A DNA stretch of 64,000 nt from an uncultured Chloroflexia bacterium (GTDB lineage: Bacteria; Chloroflexota; Chloroflexia; QHBQ01; JADMIH01): positions 640,001 through 704,000 of the forward strand of contig CAWCNY010000002.1 of NCBI GenBank assembly GCA_963797095.1, read 5' to 3'. The translations under genes and the position numbers were made by a program. Positions 47,781-56,688 of this stretch are shown in pieces. The notes beneath the pieces are model-generated. The model made no database searches and was not told the DNA's origin. It saw nothing but the letters and a program-made list of their open reading frames with translations. The first letter of the stretch is position 1; each line of letters starts with the position of its first letter.

Positions 47781-48437
47781 CTACCAGCTATAGCCAATCG
47801 CCGTTAGGAAGGCCCTTGCCAGCACAAAATGCCCCGTCAGGTTCGGGTGTACGCGGTCGCCTGCCAGCGCATAAGGGTGGGCACTCTTCAATACCTCGTC
47901 AAACGCCGCCTGCGTGTCCACAAATACCGCTCCATACTTATCCGCCAGGGCGCGCACCGTCTCCCCATAACGGCCCATCATCTCGCGCATCGGGTCCGCC
48001 CGGTTTAGCTCGACAAAATAGGGCGTCATCAACACCAGCCCCTTCAGTTCGGGCGTAGTCGTGCGCACCAACCCCTCCAGCGTACGCGCATACTCGTCAT
48101 GCGGCACCTGCTGTTCAGGCTGCAACCACCGGTCGAAATGCCTCCACACATCGTTGATCCCGATCATGATCGACAGCCAATCGGGCTTCAGGTCAAGCAC
48201 ATCGCTTTGCCATCGAGTCTTCAGGTCGCGCACGGTGTTCCCACTGACCCCCATATTGACGATCCGTATCCGCATTTCCGGGTAAGTTGCCCCGATCAAC
48301 CCGTTCACCAGGCTCACATAACCCGTTCCAAGCGAGTCGTCGGTCGCCTCCGCCACCGGGCGCTCTCGACCGCAGTCGGTAATAGAATCACCTATGAACA
48401 GAAGTTTACTACCGGGCTGAATTAGCATCTCATTCAA
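47781..48437 (-). CDS. SGNH/GDSL hydrolase
   Basis: FIGDSITD, GVSGN, GINDVW, DRVHP. Confidence 0.92.
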   Translation of the reverse strand: MNEMLIQPGSKLLFIGDSITDCGRERPVAEATDDSLGTGYVSLVNGLIGATYPEMRIRIVNMGVSGNTVRDLKTRWQSDVLDLKPDWLSIMIGINDVWRHFDRWLQPEQQVPHDEYARTLEGLVRTTTPELKGLVLMTPYFVELNRADPMREMMGRYGETVRALADKYGAVFVDTQAAFDEVLKSAHPYALAGDRVHPNLTGHFVLARAFLTAIGYSW

Positions 48438-48458
48438 TTATGCTTTTGCTGAATATCC

Positions 48459-49778
48459 TTACGCTGAGGCCTCTTTCTTCCGCAGCCACGGCAGCCACAG
48501 CACCATGAGCACCAGCGCAAATACCGACATCCATGCCCCGAAGACGAAGGTAGCGGGTGCGCCCGCCACGCTCCACAGCCACCCCCCAAGCAAGTTGGCG
48601 GGCAAAGCCGAGAACCCGGTCAATCCGTTGAACCACCCCATAGCCGTGCCCCTGGCGCTCCTCGGTATCATGTCGGTTACAAACGCTTTGGCTACCCCCT
48701 CGGTGGCCGCTGCGTAGATGCCATATACCAGGAACAGCACCCAGGTCTGCCATGTTTGCGTTGCTATTGCCCACCCTGCGTACACCAACGAAAAGGCTCC
48801 ATATCCCGTCAGCAATACCGGGATGCGTCCGAACCTGTCACTCAACACACCAAGCGGAGTAGCCAGCAGCGCGTACACGATGTTGTACCCGAAATAGAGC
48901 AGCGGCACCACCACCACCGAGCTATCCAGGTCGGCGCTCCGCAAGAAAATAAAAGCGTCCGACGAGTTGCCAACCGCGAATATCGTCGAAATGGCCGTGA
49001 ACATCCAGAAGCGCGTGCCAAGTTGCGAAGCTCTTATCTGGACTTTCGGTTTGTCCTCTGCCTTCTCCTTTGCCTTCTCTGCTTCTTTTTCGGCCTCCGG
49101 TCCTGTCGCCGGTCGCTTTCTCTCTCTGAGGAACAGCAGTATAACCAGCACCGCCAGCGCGCCCGGCACAGCCGTCCACGCAAACACCGACTGGAGGTTC
49201 CCCGAAGTAGCAAGCAAGATCAAATAGGTGAGAATAGGTCCCACTGCCGCGCCCAGCGTGTCCATGCTACGGTGGAACCCGAACGCCTTGCCCATATACT
49301 GCTTGGGCGTCGAGTCGGCCATCATCGCATCTCGCGGGCTACCCCTCACCCCTTTCCCCACCCTATCCAGGAAAATCAACCCCAGGGCAGCGGGCCAACT
49401 CGATACGAGTGACAGCAGTGGCTTGACGCTATTGGAAAGGCCATACCCAAAAATAATCAGCGGCCTGCGGCGGCTCGCACGGTCGGCCATCCGCCCCGCC
49501 CCTATCTTCAACAGGCTGGCGGTGCTCTCCGCTACTCCTTCGATCAGACCAGCGATAGGCAATGGCGTGCGCAGGATCAGCACCAGGAACAATATGCGGA
49601 TCGGCACGATCATCTCACTGCTGACATCGGTGAAAAAACTCACCATGCCAAGCACGATCACATTGCGCGAAATCCCCGCCTTCAGCCGCCCAAAAAGCCC
49701 CTGTGGCTGCTGTCCTGCGGCATCAGGCGTAGCCTCCGCGTCCACATTCTCTTGTGTAGTTCCAGTAACCGTAGCCAT
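48459..49778 (-). CDS. MFS transporter
   Basis: VSFFTDVSSEM, DRVGKGVRGSPRDA, AFGFHRSMDTLGA, GNSSDAF; about 12 hydrophobic segments. Confidence 0.9.
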   Translation of the reverse strand: MATVTGTTQENVDAEATPDAAGQQPQGLFGRLKAGISRNVIVLGMVSFFTDVSSEMIVPIRILFLVLILRTPLPIAGLIEGVAESTASLLKIGAGRMADRASRRRPLIIFGYGLSNSVKPLLSLVSSWPAALGLIFLDRVGKGVRGSPRDAMMADSTPKQYMGKAFGFHRSMDTLGAAVGPILTYLILLATSGNLQSVFAWTAVPGALAVLVILLFLRERKRPATGPEAEKEAEKAKEKAEDKPKVQIRASQLGTRFWMFTAISTIFAVGNSSDAFIFLRSADLDSSVVVVPLLYFGYNIVYALLATPLGVLSDRFGRIPVLLTGYGAFSLVYAGWAIATQTWQTWVLFLVYGIYAAATEGVAKAFVTDMIPRSARGTAMGWFNGLTGFSALPANLLGGWLWSVAGAPATFVFGAWMSVFALVLMVLWLPWLRKKEASA

Positions 49779-49851
49779 CTACAAAATTCTCACCCAAACA
49801 CCCAATAACCATTCACCAACCACTCGTCACCCGGTACTCGTCACTCATCAC

Positions 49852-51384
49852 TCAATCAATCTCCCCCTGAGGCGCATTGTTCTCAGGGAATGACCGCGCC
49901 GCCCACCATATTCCATCTAATTCCCCGTCAGGCTCGAAACGCTGGATAACGCGGCTCTGCCAGTCGGCCACATATATTCGCCCCTGGGCGTCCTGCGCCA
50001 GCCCGCCCAACCCCTGGAACTGGCCGGGCCATATCCCCGGCTCTCCTATTTTGCCCATAATCGCGTTCAACTGCGGATTGATCCTGAACACCCGGTTATT
50101 TCCCAGGTCCGACACAAGCACATCCCCGTTCTTCAGCACCAGCATCGCCTGGTATGGAATCTGTAATCCCTGTTCCGGCAGCGGCAGCGTGCTCGTCATC
50201 ACCGTTCCACTGGTAGGGTCTATCCTGTTAAATATATTCGGCCCAAGCGCAAGGAGCTTACCGTTGCTATCCGGGTATATCCCGAAAGGCTGGTAAGCCA
50301 CGTCCACCTCCCTTTGCAATTTGCCATCGTAATCGTAGATATAGATCTTGCCGAAGCGCGACGCCAGATAAATCCGCTCGTCATCGGTCGCCACGCACCC
50401 GCGCGTTGGCCCATAACCATCGGGAGTGGTCCAGCGAGCCGTGATATTTCCGTCTCTGTCGAACCTCAAGACCTTATACCCGGTTGGGTCCAGCGTATCC
50501 ACCGTATACAGGTTGTCGTTGCGATCCACAGCCAACCCGCAGAAATCGAACGCACCCGGCAGACCCGCCCCCAGGCTCACACTCCCCGCCCCGCCGATAG
50601 GTGTCGGCGATGGTGCCAGGTTGATGTTAGCCAGCCGCAATTCCTCCTCGATCCCTACCGGCAGTATGCCAGGTCCCGGCGTTGGAGGCACAGGCGCTAG
50701 TGCCGGGCGAATGGTCCCTTTCGGCGCGCCGCTCTCATCGAAAACCCAAATAACCCCCGCGTAACCGTCCGAGGCATATATCGTGTTGTGGCTATCCACC
50801 GCCAGCCAGTACGGCGAAAAATTGACCACAGGCAGAGGTATGTTCCATCCAAACAGAGCCGAGCCGGTCGCAGGCCCGCCCCAGAACAGTACCGCCGCCA
50901 CCGTCGAGATCAGGAACGCTCCAACCGCGCGCCCCAGCCAGGAAGGAGGCCGCATCAAAAACGCCCATGACCCCATCACAAGCAGGATCAGCACGATACG
51001 CAGCGGCCAGATCGCCAATATAGGCACGCTCAACGGGCTGGGTTGGGTAGTTGCTTGCACCGCCACCGTAACAAACACCAAACCCACGCCCACATAGAAC
51101 AGGCGCATATTTCGGATCAGGACGGCAACCCATACCACCGCCAGTTCCAGGCCCACAGCCACCAGCGTTTCCGCGTGATAGGCTTCAAAATGGAAATACA
51201 CAGGGTCGAGCCAGGCAAGGATCCACGCCGCCCCCGTCAGGAAGATCGTCGGGATCAATAGATCGCGGCCCTCCCCTGCGGGTGCCTCGACGTTGATATT
51301 CCCCTCCATGGGTGTTACGACGGCAGCGGTTTCGCCTGTGCTTATCTCGCTGTTAGGTGTTTCGCCGGTCAGTGAGGAAGTCAT
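49852..51384 (-). CDS. Membrane protein with a C-terminal NHL-repeat beta-propeller
   Basis: N-terminal TM helices; PYWLAVD, GLAVD, GQFQGLGGLAQD..GRIYVAD...IQRF. Confidence 0.75.
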   Translation of the reverse strand: MTSSLTGETPNSEISTGETAAVVTPMEGNINVEAPAGEGRDLLIPTIFLTGAAWILAWLDPVYFHFEAYHAETLVAVGLELAVVWVAVLIRNMRLFYVGVGLVFVTVAVQATTQPSPLSVPILAIWPLRIVLILLVMGSWAFLMRPPSWLGRAVGAFLISTVAAVLFWGGPATGSALFGWNIPLPVVNFSPYWLAVDSHNTIYASDGYAGVIWVFDESGAPKGTIRPALAPVPPTPGPGILPVGIEEELRLANINLAPSPTPIGGAGSVSLGAGLPGAFDFCGLAVDRNDNLYTVDTLDPTGYKVLRFDRDGNITARWTTPDGYGPTRGCVATDDERIYLASRFGKIYIYDYDGKLQREVDVAYQPFGIYPDSNGKLLALGPNIFNRIDPTSGTVMTSTLPLPEQGLQIPYQAMLVLKNGDVLVSDLGNNRVFRINPQLNAIMGKIGEPGIWPGQFQGLGGLAQDAQGRIYVADWQSRVIQRFEPDGELDGIWWAARSFPENNAPQGEID

Positions 51385-51488
51385 AACATTCTTTCATTGG
51401 CAAGTATACACTATCCGGCGCTTCCATCAAAAGGACCGCCAGGCGACCTTCCTCACCTCTCTACCTACCCCAATACCCCACCCAAATA

Positions 51489-52373
51489 TCAGCGTTCTTC
51501 TCGCCCCTGCCACGCTTCCCACTCGCCGTCGTGCAGGGTGCGCCCCTTACCGGTGACACTCCATACCCCACGCCCCGCTATCTCCGTCAGCCCCTCGGCT
51601 TGCAAGGCGCTCTGGGCCACCGACACGCGCTGCCCGAACTCCGCCGGCGGCGGCGTAGGCACTTCGGGGAACCATCGCGCCACCGACACGATAGCATCAG
51701 CGCGGCTCAACTCGCCACCCGCCATCACCAGGGCGTGCAGCAACGGCAAATGCAGGCGCGATGCTCCCGGCAATCCCAGTTTCCGGCGCTGTCCCTGTAC
51801 CCCTCCTGGTATCGCTGACTGGGCTGAATAGTTCATCGGAGCAGCCCCAGGAGGCGTGACCGACACGTTCCCTTCCTGCGACACCATATATACACACGCG
51901 CGTGATGCCGCCATGAACCACCGCAGACGCTGTAGATAGCGCACATAACTCGCCATTGCCGGGATCGCCAGCCCAAGCTCAAGGTCCGGGTCCGCCCCCC
52001 TCCCCAGTGCAATATCTAGTACAGCCTGCGCGATCCAGCCCCTGGCCACCACTTCCGGGCGAGAGTTGCGCGGTTGCCCAGCCAGCGAGCCGCGAGTGTA
52101 GAGGGGACTCGGCCAGCCGCGCACCACAACCAGGCGTTGAATGCTAACGCCGTCGTTTGTACGCTCGGCTACTATTTCCAGGCCCTGCTCCGCAGGCACA
52201 GGATGGCCGGGGCTGAGAATGCTGAATCCCTCTTCCACCTTCATATATTCTATGACACGTGCCTGCACGTTCCCTTCCCAGAACCAATCGTCCTCTCGCT
52301 TCCACTCACCTTCCATTAAGCGCGTTCCTCCATCAAAGAGATTTTCCGCCTCTCCCATCAAAGAACACTCCAC
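51489..52373 (-). CDS. Degenerate restriction-endonuclease-like domain plus C-terminal Mrr_N-like winged helix
   Basis: WFWEGNVQ...GLEIVA...VVVRGWPS N-domain; PLLHAL..GGEL...RVSVAQSAL...RGVWSVT.KG C-domain. Confidence 0.5.
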   Translation of the reverse strand: MECSLMGEAENLFDGGTRLMEGEWKREDDWFWEGNVQARVIEYMKVEEGFSILSPGHPVPAEQGLEIVAERTNDGVSIQRLVVVRGWPSPLYTRGSLAGQPRNSRPEVVARGWIAQAVLDIALGRGADPDLELGLAIPAMASYVRYLQRLRWFMAASRACVYMVSQEGNVSVTPPGAAPMNYSAQSAIPGGVQGQRRKLGLPGASRLHLPLLHALVMAGGELSRADAIVSVARWFPEVPTPPPAEFGQRVSVAQSALQAEGLTEIAGRGVWSVTGKGRTLHDGEWEAWQGREER

Positions 52374-52503
52374 ATGTTCTTACTCAATTACGCTCCAAAT
52401 CTACCATTTCATATTCAGGGGAAAGTAACTCGAAAAGTATATCATTATTGTACAGTCAGTATATTGCCCTTAGGATTATTCTAGAATTCGCTACGACTAT
52501 CTA

Positions 52504-52532
52504 TTGACAAGCGTTGCCGAGTATGCTATGGT
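52504..52532 (+). promoter_or_regulatory. Sigma70-type promoter with no downstream plus-strand CDS
   Basis: TTGACA-N17-TATGGT with an extended TG. Confidence 0.6.
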
Positions 52533-52537
52533 GGTCT

Positions 52538-52610
52538 CGATAACAGAGAAAAGAAAAGCTCCTTTCCTTTCTTGTCACAACGAGCCGGGGCCGCCCGGCT
52601 CGTTGAATTT
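52538..52610 (+). ncRNA. Candidate small RNA (~70 nt)
   Basis: Lies between the promoter and a strong hairpin; contains a CUCCUUUCCUUUC anti-SD-like tract. Confidence 0.4.
52578..52605. terminator. Bidirectional terminator hairpin
   Basis: CAACGAGCCGGG-GCCG-CCCGGCTCGTTG, 12-bp perfect stem. Confidence 0.75.
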
Positions 52611-52627
52611 AACCCTCTCTTTAGTGA

Positions 52628-53155
52628 TCACCTCGCCGCCTTTGCCCCCGAATTAGCCGTTGTCGCTTGCGTACCGTTCGCGCCCTTTTCCCACCAGCTT
52701 GCCTCCGAGTTGGCCCAATCTCTATTACCCGCCACGCGCCGCTGGCAATAGGCATACAGCGCGTCGAATACCAGCAGCATCCGCTCTACCATCTCATCAT
52801 CGCTGCTGCACAGCGCGTTCATCCCCTTGGCGATAGCGCGCAGCCCCTCGCCCTCTTCCACCGATCCAGGCTCTTTGGTTTCCGCTCCACGCACGATTTC
52901 GCCCATAAGAGCCAGCGCATCGTTGCTCTCGTCCAGCTTGTACTCGGCCAGCAACTCCTGAAACGAAGTGCGTTCACGGGTGTCGGGTGTTTCGGCTACC
53001 GTGTTGTGAAATGGCAGCGCCCCGGCCTCAACCACCTCCGCCATCTCGCTTGCTTCCGCGTAAATGAGCTCTGCACGCGGGTCCAGGTGGCGTTTTATCA
53101 GCCATGCGCAGGCCACGCGGTCCATGCGCACCCCTCTCCTCGTTACCCACTTCAT
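52628..53155 (-). CDS. Stand-alone ChrB (chromate resistance) C-terminal domain protein
   Basis: MKWVTR....DRVACAWLIKRHLDP.A...IVRGA...GL.AI..G...DALYA; GGAGG RBS. Confidence 0.85.
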   Translation of the reverse strand: MKWVTRRGVRMDRVACAWLIKRHLDPRAELIYAEASEMAEVVEAGALPFHNTVAETPDTRERTSFQELLAEYKLDESNDALALMGEIVRGAETKEPGSVEEGEGLRAIAKGMNALCSSDDEMVERMLLVFDALYAYCQRRVAGNRDWANSEASWWEKGANGTQATTANSGAKAAR

Positions 53156-53242
53156 ACGAGAACCTCCTCCTGTATATATCTCAGTATATACTCCCCTCCA
53201 AATGATGTTAATAGCACATCAAAGAGGCAGAGAAATATATAC

Positions 53243-53277
53243 TAATCTTAAGAAGATAAATGCTTACCTTAAGATTA
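53243..53277. promoter_or_regulatory. Putative operator, 10-bp inverted repeat
   Basis: TAATCTTAAG-N15-CTTAAGATTA, overlapping the minus-strand -10 box TATAAT (53279-53274). Confidence 0.55.
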
Positions 53278-53309
53278 TACCATACTATTGCCAAAAAAGT
53301 AAATATTCA

Positions 53310-53338
53310 TTGACACCTCTTTCATGTGCTGATATAAT
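53310..53338 (+). promoter_or_regulatory. Perfect consensus sigma70 promoter
   Basis: TTGACA-N17-TATAAT with an extended TG. Confidence 0.85.
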
Positions 53339-53382
53339 AGGCGCGTTAATGGGCTCACAGCGCCTCTGGAAAGGATATTACC

Positions 53383-54876
53383 TTGCCTACAAGTCTCTCC
53401 TTCAAGACCAGGCGACGGCTAAGCACCGTTGCAATCTCGGTTATCCTCCTTTCTTCCCTCCTTTCGGCTTGCGATAGCACATCCCCCACGGCCACGCCCG
53501 CTCCTTCGGCCACCACCGGCACCTCTGCCTCTACCGAATCCACTGCTACCACCTCAAGCTCAAGTTCTCCAGATGCCACCTCTACCACTGCTCCTGAGCC
53601 TACCCAGGCGGGCGCGGAGCAACTTAGCGGTGAGCTGAGCTTCCTCGTGTTCGGCGAGCCTGCCGAGGCTAAGGCCTTCGTTGATGTGGCCGCTGGGTTT
53701 ATGGAAGCCAACCCCAACGTAAAGATAAACACAACCGAGGTCCCTTCGCAACCTGACCATTTACAGAAGCTTGCCACCTCCTTTGCTGCTGGCGACCCGC
53801 CCGACGTGTGGGTGATTGACTACCGCCGCTACGGCCTCCTTCAAAACGCCGGCGTCACCGAGCCTGTCGGCCCCTACCTCGATAAGAGCACCATCATCCA
53901 GGCCAGCGATTTCTACACGCAACCTCTTAAGCCCTTCACCTATAATGGCGTGCTACAGTGCCTACCCATGAATATGTCCAGCCTGGAGGTCTACTATAAC
54001 AAAGACCTCTTCGATAAGGCGGGCGTCCCCTATCCCAAGGATGGCTGGACCTGGGACGACTTCGTCAACGATGCCAAGGCTATCTCCGCCCTCAGCACCC
54101 CCGACGAAAAGATCTGGGGCCTCGGTATCGATCCCCAGTTGATCCGTCTTGCCCCCTTCATCTGGCAGAACGGCGGCGACATCGTTGATAACGTGGACCA
54201 CCCAACCCGCTTCACCCTTGACACCCCTGCGGCCAAAGAGGCTTTCCAGTGGTTCGTAGACCTCTCCGTGAAATACCACGTCGTAGCCACCCAGGAAGAG
54301 AATATCTCCGAGCTTGACGAGACCCGCTTCCTCTTCAACACTCTCGGTATGTTCCTCCTTAGCAGGCGCGTTGTTCCCGCCCTCCGCACCGCCTCCGGCT
54401 TCGATTGGGACGTGGCCCCCCTGCCCGTTGGCAAAGAGAAGGTCAGCATCCTCCATACAGATGCTTATTGTATGTCAAAAGCCTCACCGAACAAAGATCT
54501 GGCCTGGAAGTTCATCGAGTATGCCAACGGCCCTGAGGGCCAGGTCATAGCTGCCAGGACCGGGCGCACGGTCCCCTCCCTCATAAGCGTAGCCGAATCG
54601 CCTGTCTACCTACAGTCGGACAAGCCCCCCAAGAGCAGCGATGTCTTCCTCGACATGGGCCCCTATCTGCGTGCGACATCTCAAATCGCCACCTGGCCCG
54701 ATATTGAGCTAAAGGCCAACGCCCTCATCACCGAAGCGTTCTACGGCCATATTACTGTGGACGAAGCGATTGAACAGATTGAGGAGGTCACTGCCGACGA
54801 TTTCAACTCGGAACACTTCCCCAGCACAATCATCATCCCCACCCCTGTCCCCGGCAGGCATGGAGAGGACGACTAG
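53383..54876 (+). CDS. Carbohydrate-type ABC substrate-binding lipoprotein (no cognate permease here)
   Basis: Lipobox LSAC, S/T linker, YYNKDLFDKAG..YP...WTWDDF, DWDVAPLP. Confidence 0.85.
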   Translation: MPTSLSFKTRRRLSTVAISVILLSSLLSACDSTSPTATPAPSATTGTSASTESTATTSSSSSPDATSTTAPEPTQAGAEQLSGELSFLVFGEPAEAKAFVDVAAGFMEANPNVKINTTEVPSQPDHLQKLATSFAAGDPPDVWVIDYRRYGLLQNAGVTEPVGPYLDKSTIIQASDFYTQPLKPFTYNGVLQCLPMNMSSLEVYYNKDLFDKAGVPYPKDGWTWDDFVNDAKAISALSTPDEKIWGLGIDPQLIRLAPFIWQNGGDIVDNVDHPTRFTLDTPAAKEAFQWFVDLSVKYHVVATQEENISELDETRFLFNTLGMFLLSRRVVPALRTASGFDWDVAPLPVGKEKVSILHTDAYCMSKASPNKDLAWKFIEYANGPEGQVIAARTGRTVPSLISVAESPVYLQSDKPPKSSDVFLDMGPYLRATSQIATWPDIELKANALITEAFYGHITVDEAIEQIEEVTADDFNSEHFPSTIIIPTPVPGRHGEDD

Positions 54877-54996
54877 CTGCCAGGAGTATCGTCCAGACAT
54901 TGCGCTCTGAACTTCCCATCACGTATCGCGTATCACATTTCACGCGTGATACATGACACGACTGCGGTAATAACACACAAGCAAGGAGGGATGTGA

Positions 54997-56493
54997 ATGA
55001 AAAAGGTATTGATCCTGGCGGTGATAGGCCTACTGGTGTTCGGTTTTGGTCCCGCCCGGCACGCATTCGCCCAGAGCAAAGTGGTGCGTCTCACTCTTAT
55101 AGATGAGAACGGCTCAGGCGAAGACGGCTCGGCCCAGCTAACCGACCAGGGTGATGGTACCACTAAGTTTGAGCTTATTATGCTCAACATGCCCGAAGGC
55201 GACGTGCAGCCCGCTGCCGTCCACGAAGGCTCTTGCGCCAACCTTGATGCCGACGAGGTCTATGCCCTCGAAAGCGTCAAAGAGAGCAGATCGACCACAA
55301 TCGTCAACTCCTCTCTCGCCGATCTCACGGCGGAAAAGCACGCGATCACCGTCTACAGGTCTGACTCCGACAAAACAATCATCTCCTGCGGCAACCTTCC
55401 CACCAACACAAGCTCCTCAGGCGGCGAAATGACCCTGGATCAGGTGCTCACCGCTCTCCACGATCAGGCCGAAGAGATTGAAGGCCAGGTCAAGAAGCAA
55501 GAGAACGACGCCTCGCTCAACGCTTACGATGCCTATCACGTCATCTTCGCGGCTCATGAGGACGCCATCAAGGCCAAGAACGAAGATGTCTGGCAAGAAC
55601 TTGAGGACGCCATGCACGAGGTCCAGAATGCCATCAATGAAGGCAACTGGGACGAGGCAGCCGAAAATGCCGAGAAACTTGTGCAGACCATAGAGGATGC
55701 CCAGGAGGAACTGGGCGGCTCGGCAGCAGCCTCTATGTCCGTGGACGAGGCCCTCGATAAATTGGGTGAGCAAGCCAACGACCTTGTCCGTGAAACCGGT
55801 AACAAAGACGACCCAGGCTCCAAAGCCGCCTATGATGCCTACCACGAGACCTTTGCCGCTAACGAGGCCGCCATCAAGGCCAAGAGCGAAGACTCCTGGC
55901 AAGAGTTGGAAGACGGAATGCACGAGGTGAACGATGCCATCCAGGCTGGCGACTTTGAAAAAGCCAACGAGGCCGCCAAAGAACTGGTAACGCGTATCAA
56001 CGAAGCCAAGGAAGCCATCAGCGGCACTTCCAGTGGCACTTCCGATAACAGCAGTAGCACCGGTGGCACTATGTCGCTCGATGCGGTCTTCGAGACCCTC
56101 AGCGACCAGGCTGCCGACATCGTGCGCGAGACCGGCAACGGGGATGCGACAGGCTCTCAGGCTGCGTATGACGATTACCATGCCACCTTCGCCGCCAACG
56201 AGGACGCCATCAAGGCCAAGAACGAGAGTGCATGGCAATCTCTGGAAGACGGAATGCGCGAAGTACGTGACGCCATCCAGGCTGGCGACTTCGATAAAGC
56301 CAATCAAGCTGCCAAAGAGCTTCAGACCACCATCCAGGAGGCCGAGGACGTAGTTATGGGTGGCGGCAACGCGCCTCTCCCCACGACGGGCAATGGCAAT
56401 TCGTCTACCCTCAGCCTCACCGGCGTTGCTCTCGCGTTGCTGCTCATGGCGCTAGGTGTTGCCGCCAGGCGCGTCTCCTACCGCTTGCACTAG
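54997..56493 (+). CDS. Secreted LPXTG-anchored protein: CHRD/SOD-like domain plus three acidic helical repeats
   Basis: Signal peptide; QPAAVHEGSCANL...ISCGNL; repeats starting 55429, 55735 and 56071; LPTTG at 56377, then a TM and RR tail. Confidence 0.75.
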   Translation: MKKVLILAVIGLLVFGFGPARHAFAQSKVVRLTLIDENGSGEDGSAQLTDQGDGTTKFELIMLNMPEGDVQPAAVHEGSCANLDADEVYALESVKESRSTTIVNSSLADLTAEKHAITVYRSDSDKTIISCGNLPTNTSSSGGEMTLDQVLTALHDQAEEIEGQVKKQENDASLNAYDAYHVIFAAHEDAIKAKNEDVWQELEDAMHEVQNAINEGNWDEAAENAEKLVQTIEDAQEELGGSAAASMSVDEALDKLGEQANDLVRETGNKDDPGSKAAYDAYHETFAANEAAIKAKSEDSWQELEDGMHEVNDAIQAGDFEKANEAAKELVTRINEAKEAISGTSSGTSDNSSSTGGTMSLDAVFETLSDQAADIVRETGNGDATGSQAAYDDYHATFAANEDAIKAKNESAWQSLEDGMREVRDAIQAGDFDKANQAAKELQTTIQEAEDVVMGGGNAPLPTTGNGNSSTLSLTGVALALLLMALGVAARRVSYRLH

Positions 56494-56509
56494 AGCGCAC
56501 AACGCTTTC

Positions 56510-56545
56510 CCCCGCGCAGAGATGCCTAAGAATCCCTGCGCGGGG
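56510..56545. repeat. Intergenic stem-loop (REP-like or terminator)
   Basis: CCCCGCGCAG ... CTGCGCGGGG. Confidence 0.5.
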
Positions 56546-56588
56546 ACGCCGCCTACTAAGTAGGACGGCCCCGAACCTCGAAACCCCT

Positions 56589-56645
56589 TGTGTTTGATAT
56601 CGATTAAGCAAGTAAGAAAGAAACATTAGATATTTATCAAACACA
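56589..56645. promoter_or_regulatory. Putative operator, 11-bp inverted repeat
   Basis: TGTGTTTGATA-N35-TATCAAACACA in the AT-rich region before the Fe-ABC genes. Confidence 0.45.
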
Positions 56646-56688
56646 TGGCTGGCTGAAAGAAATATTCTCAAAAACATCAGGAGGAACT

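Noticed and set aside
56595-56609. Fur box before the Fe-ABC genes
   Set aside because: TGATATC-G-ATTAAGC matches the 7-1-7 consensus at only 9 of 14 positions in AT-rich DNA.
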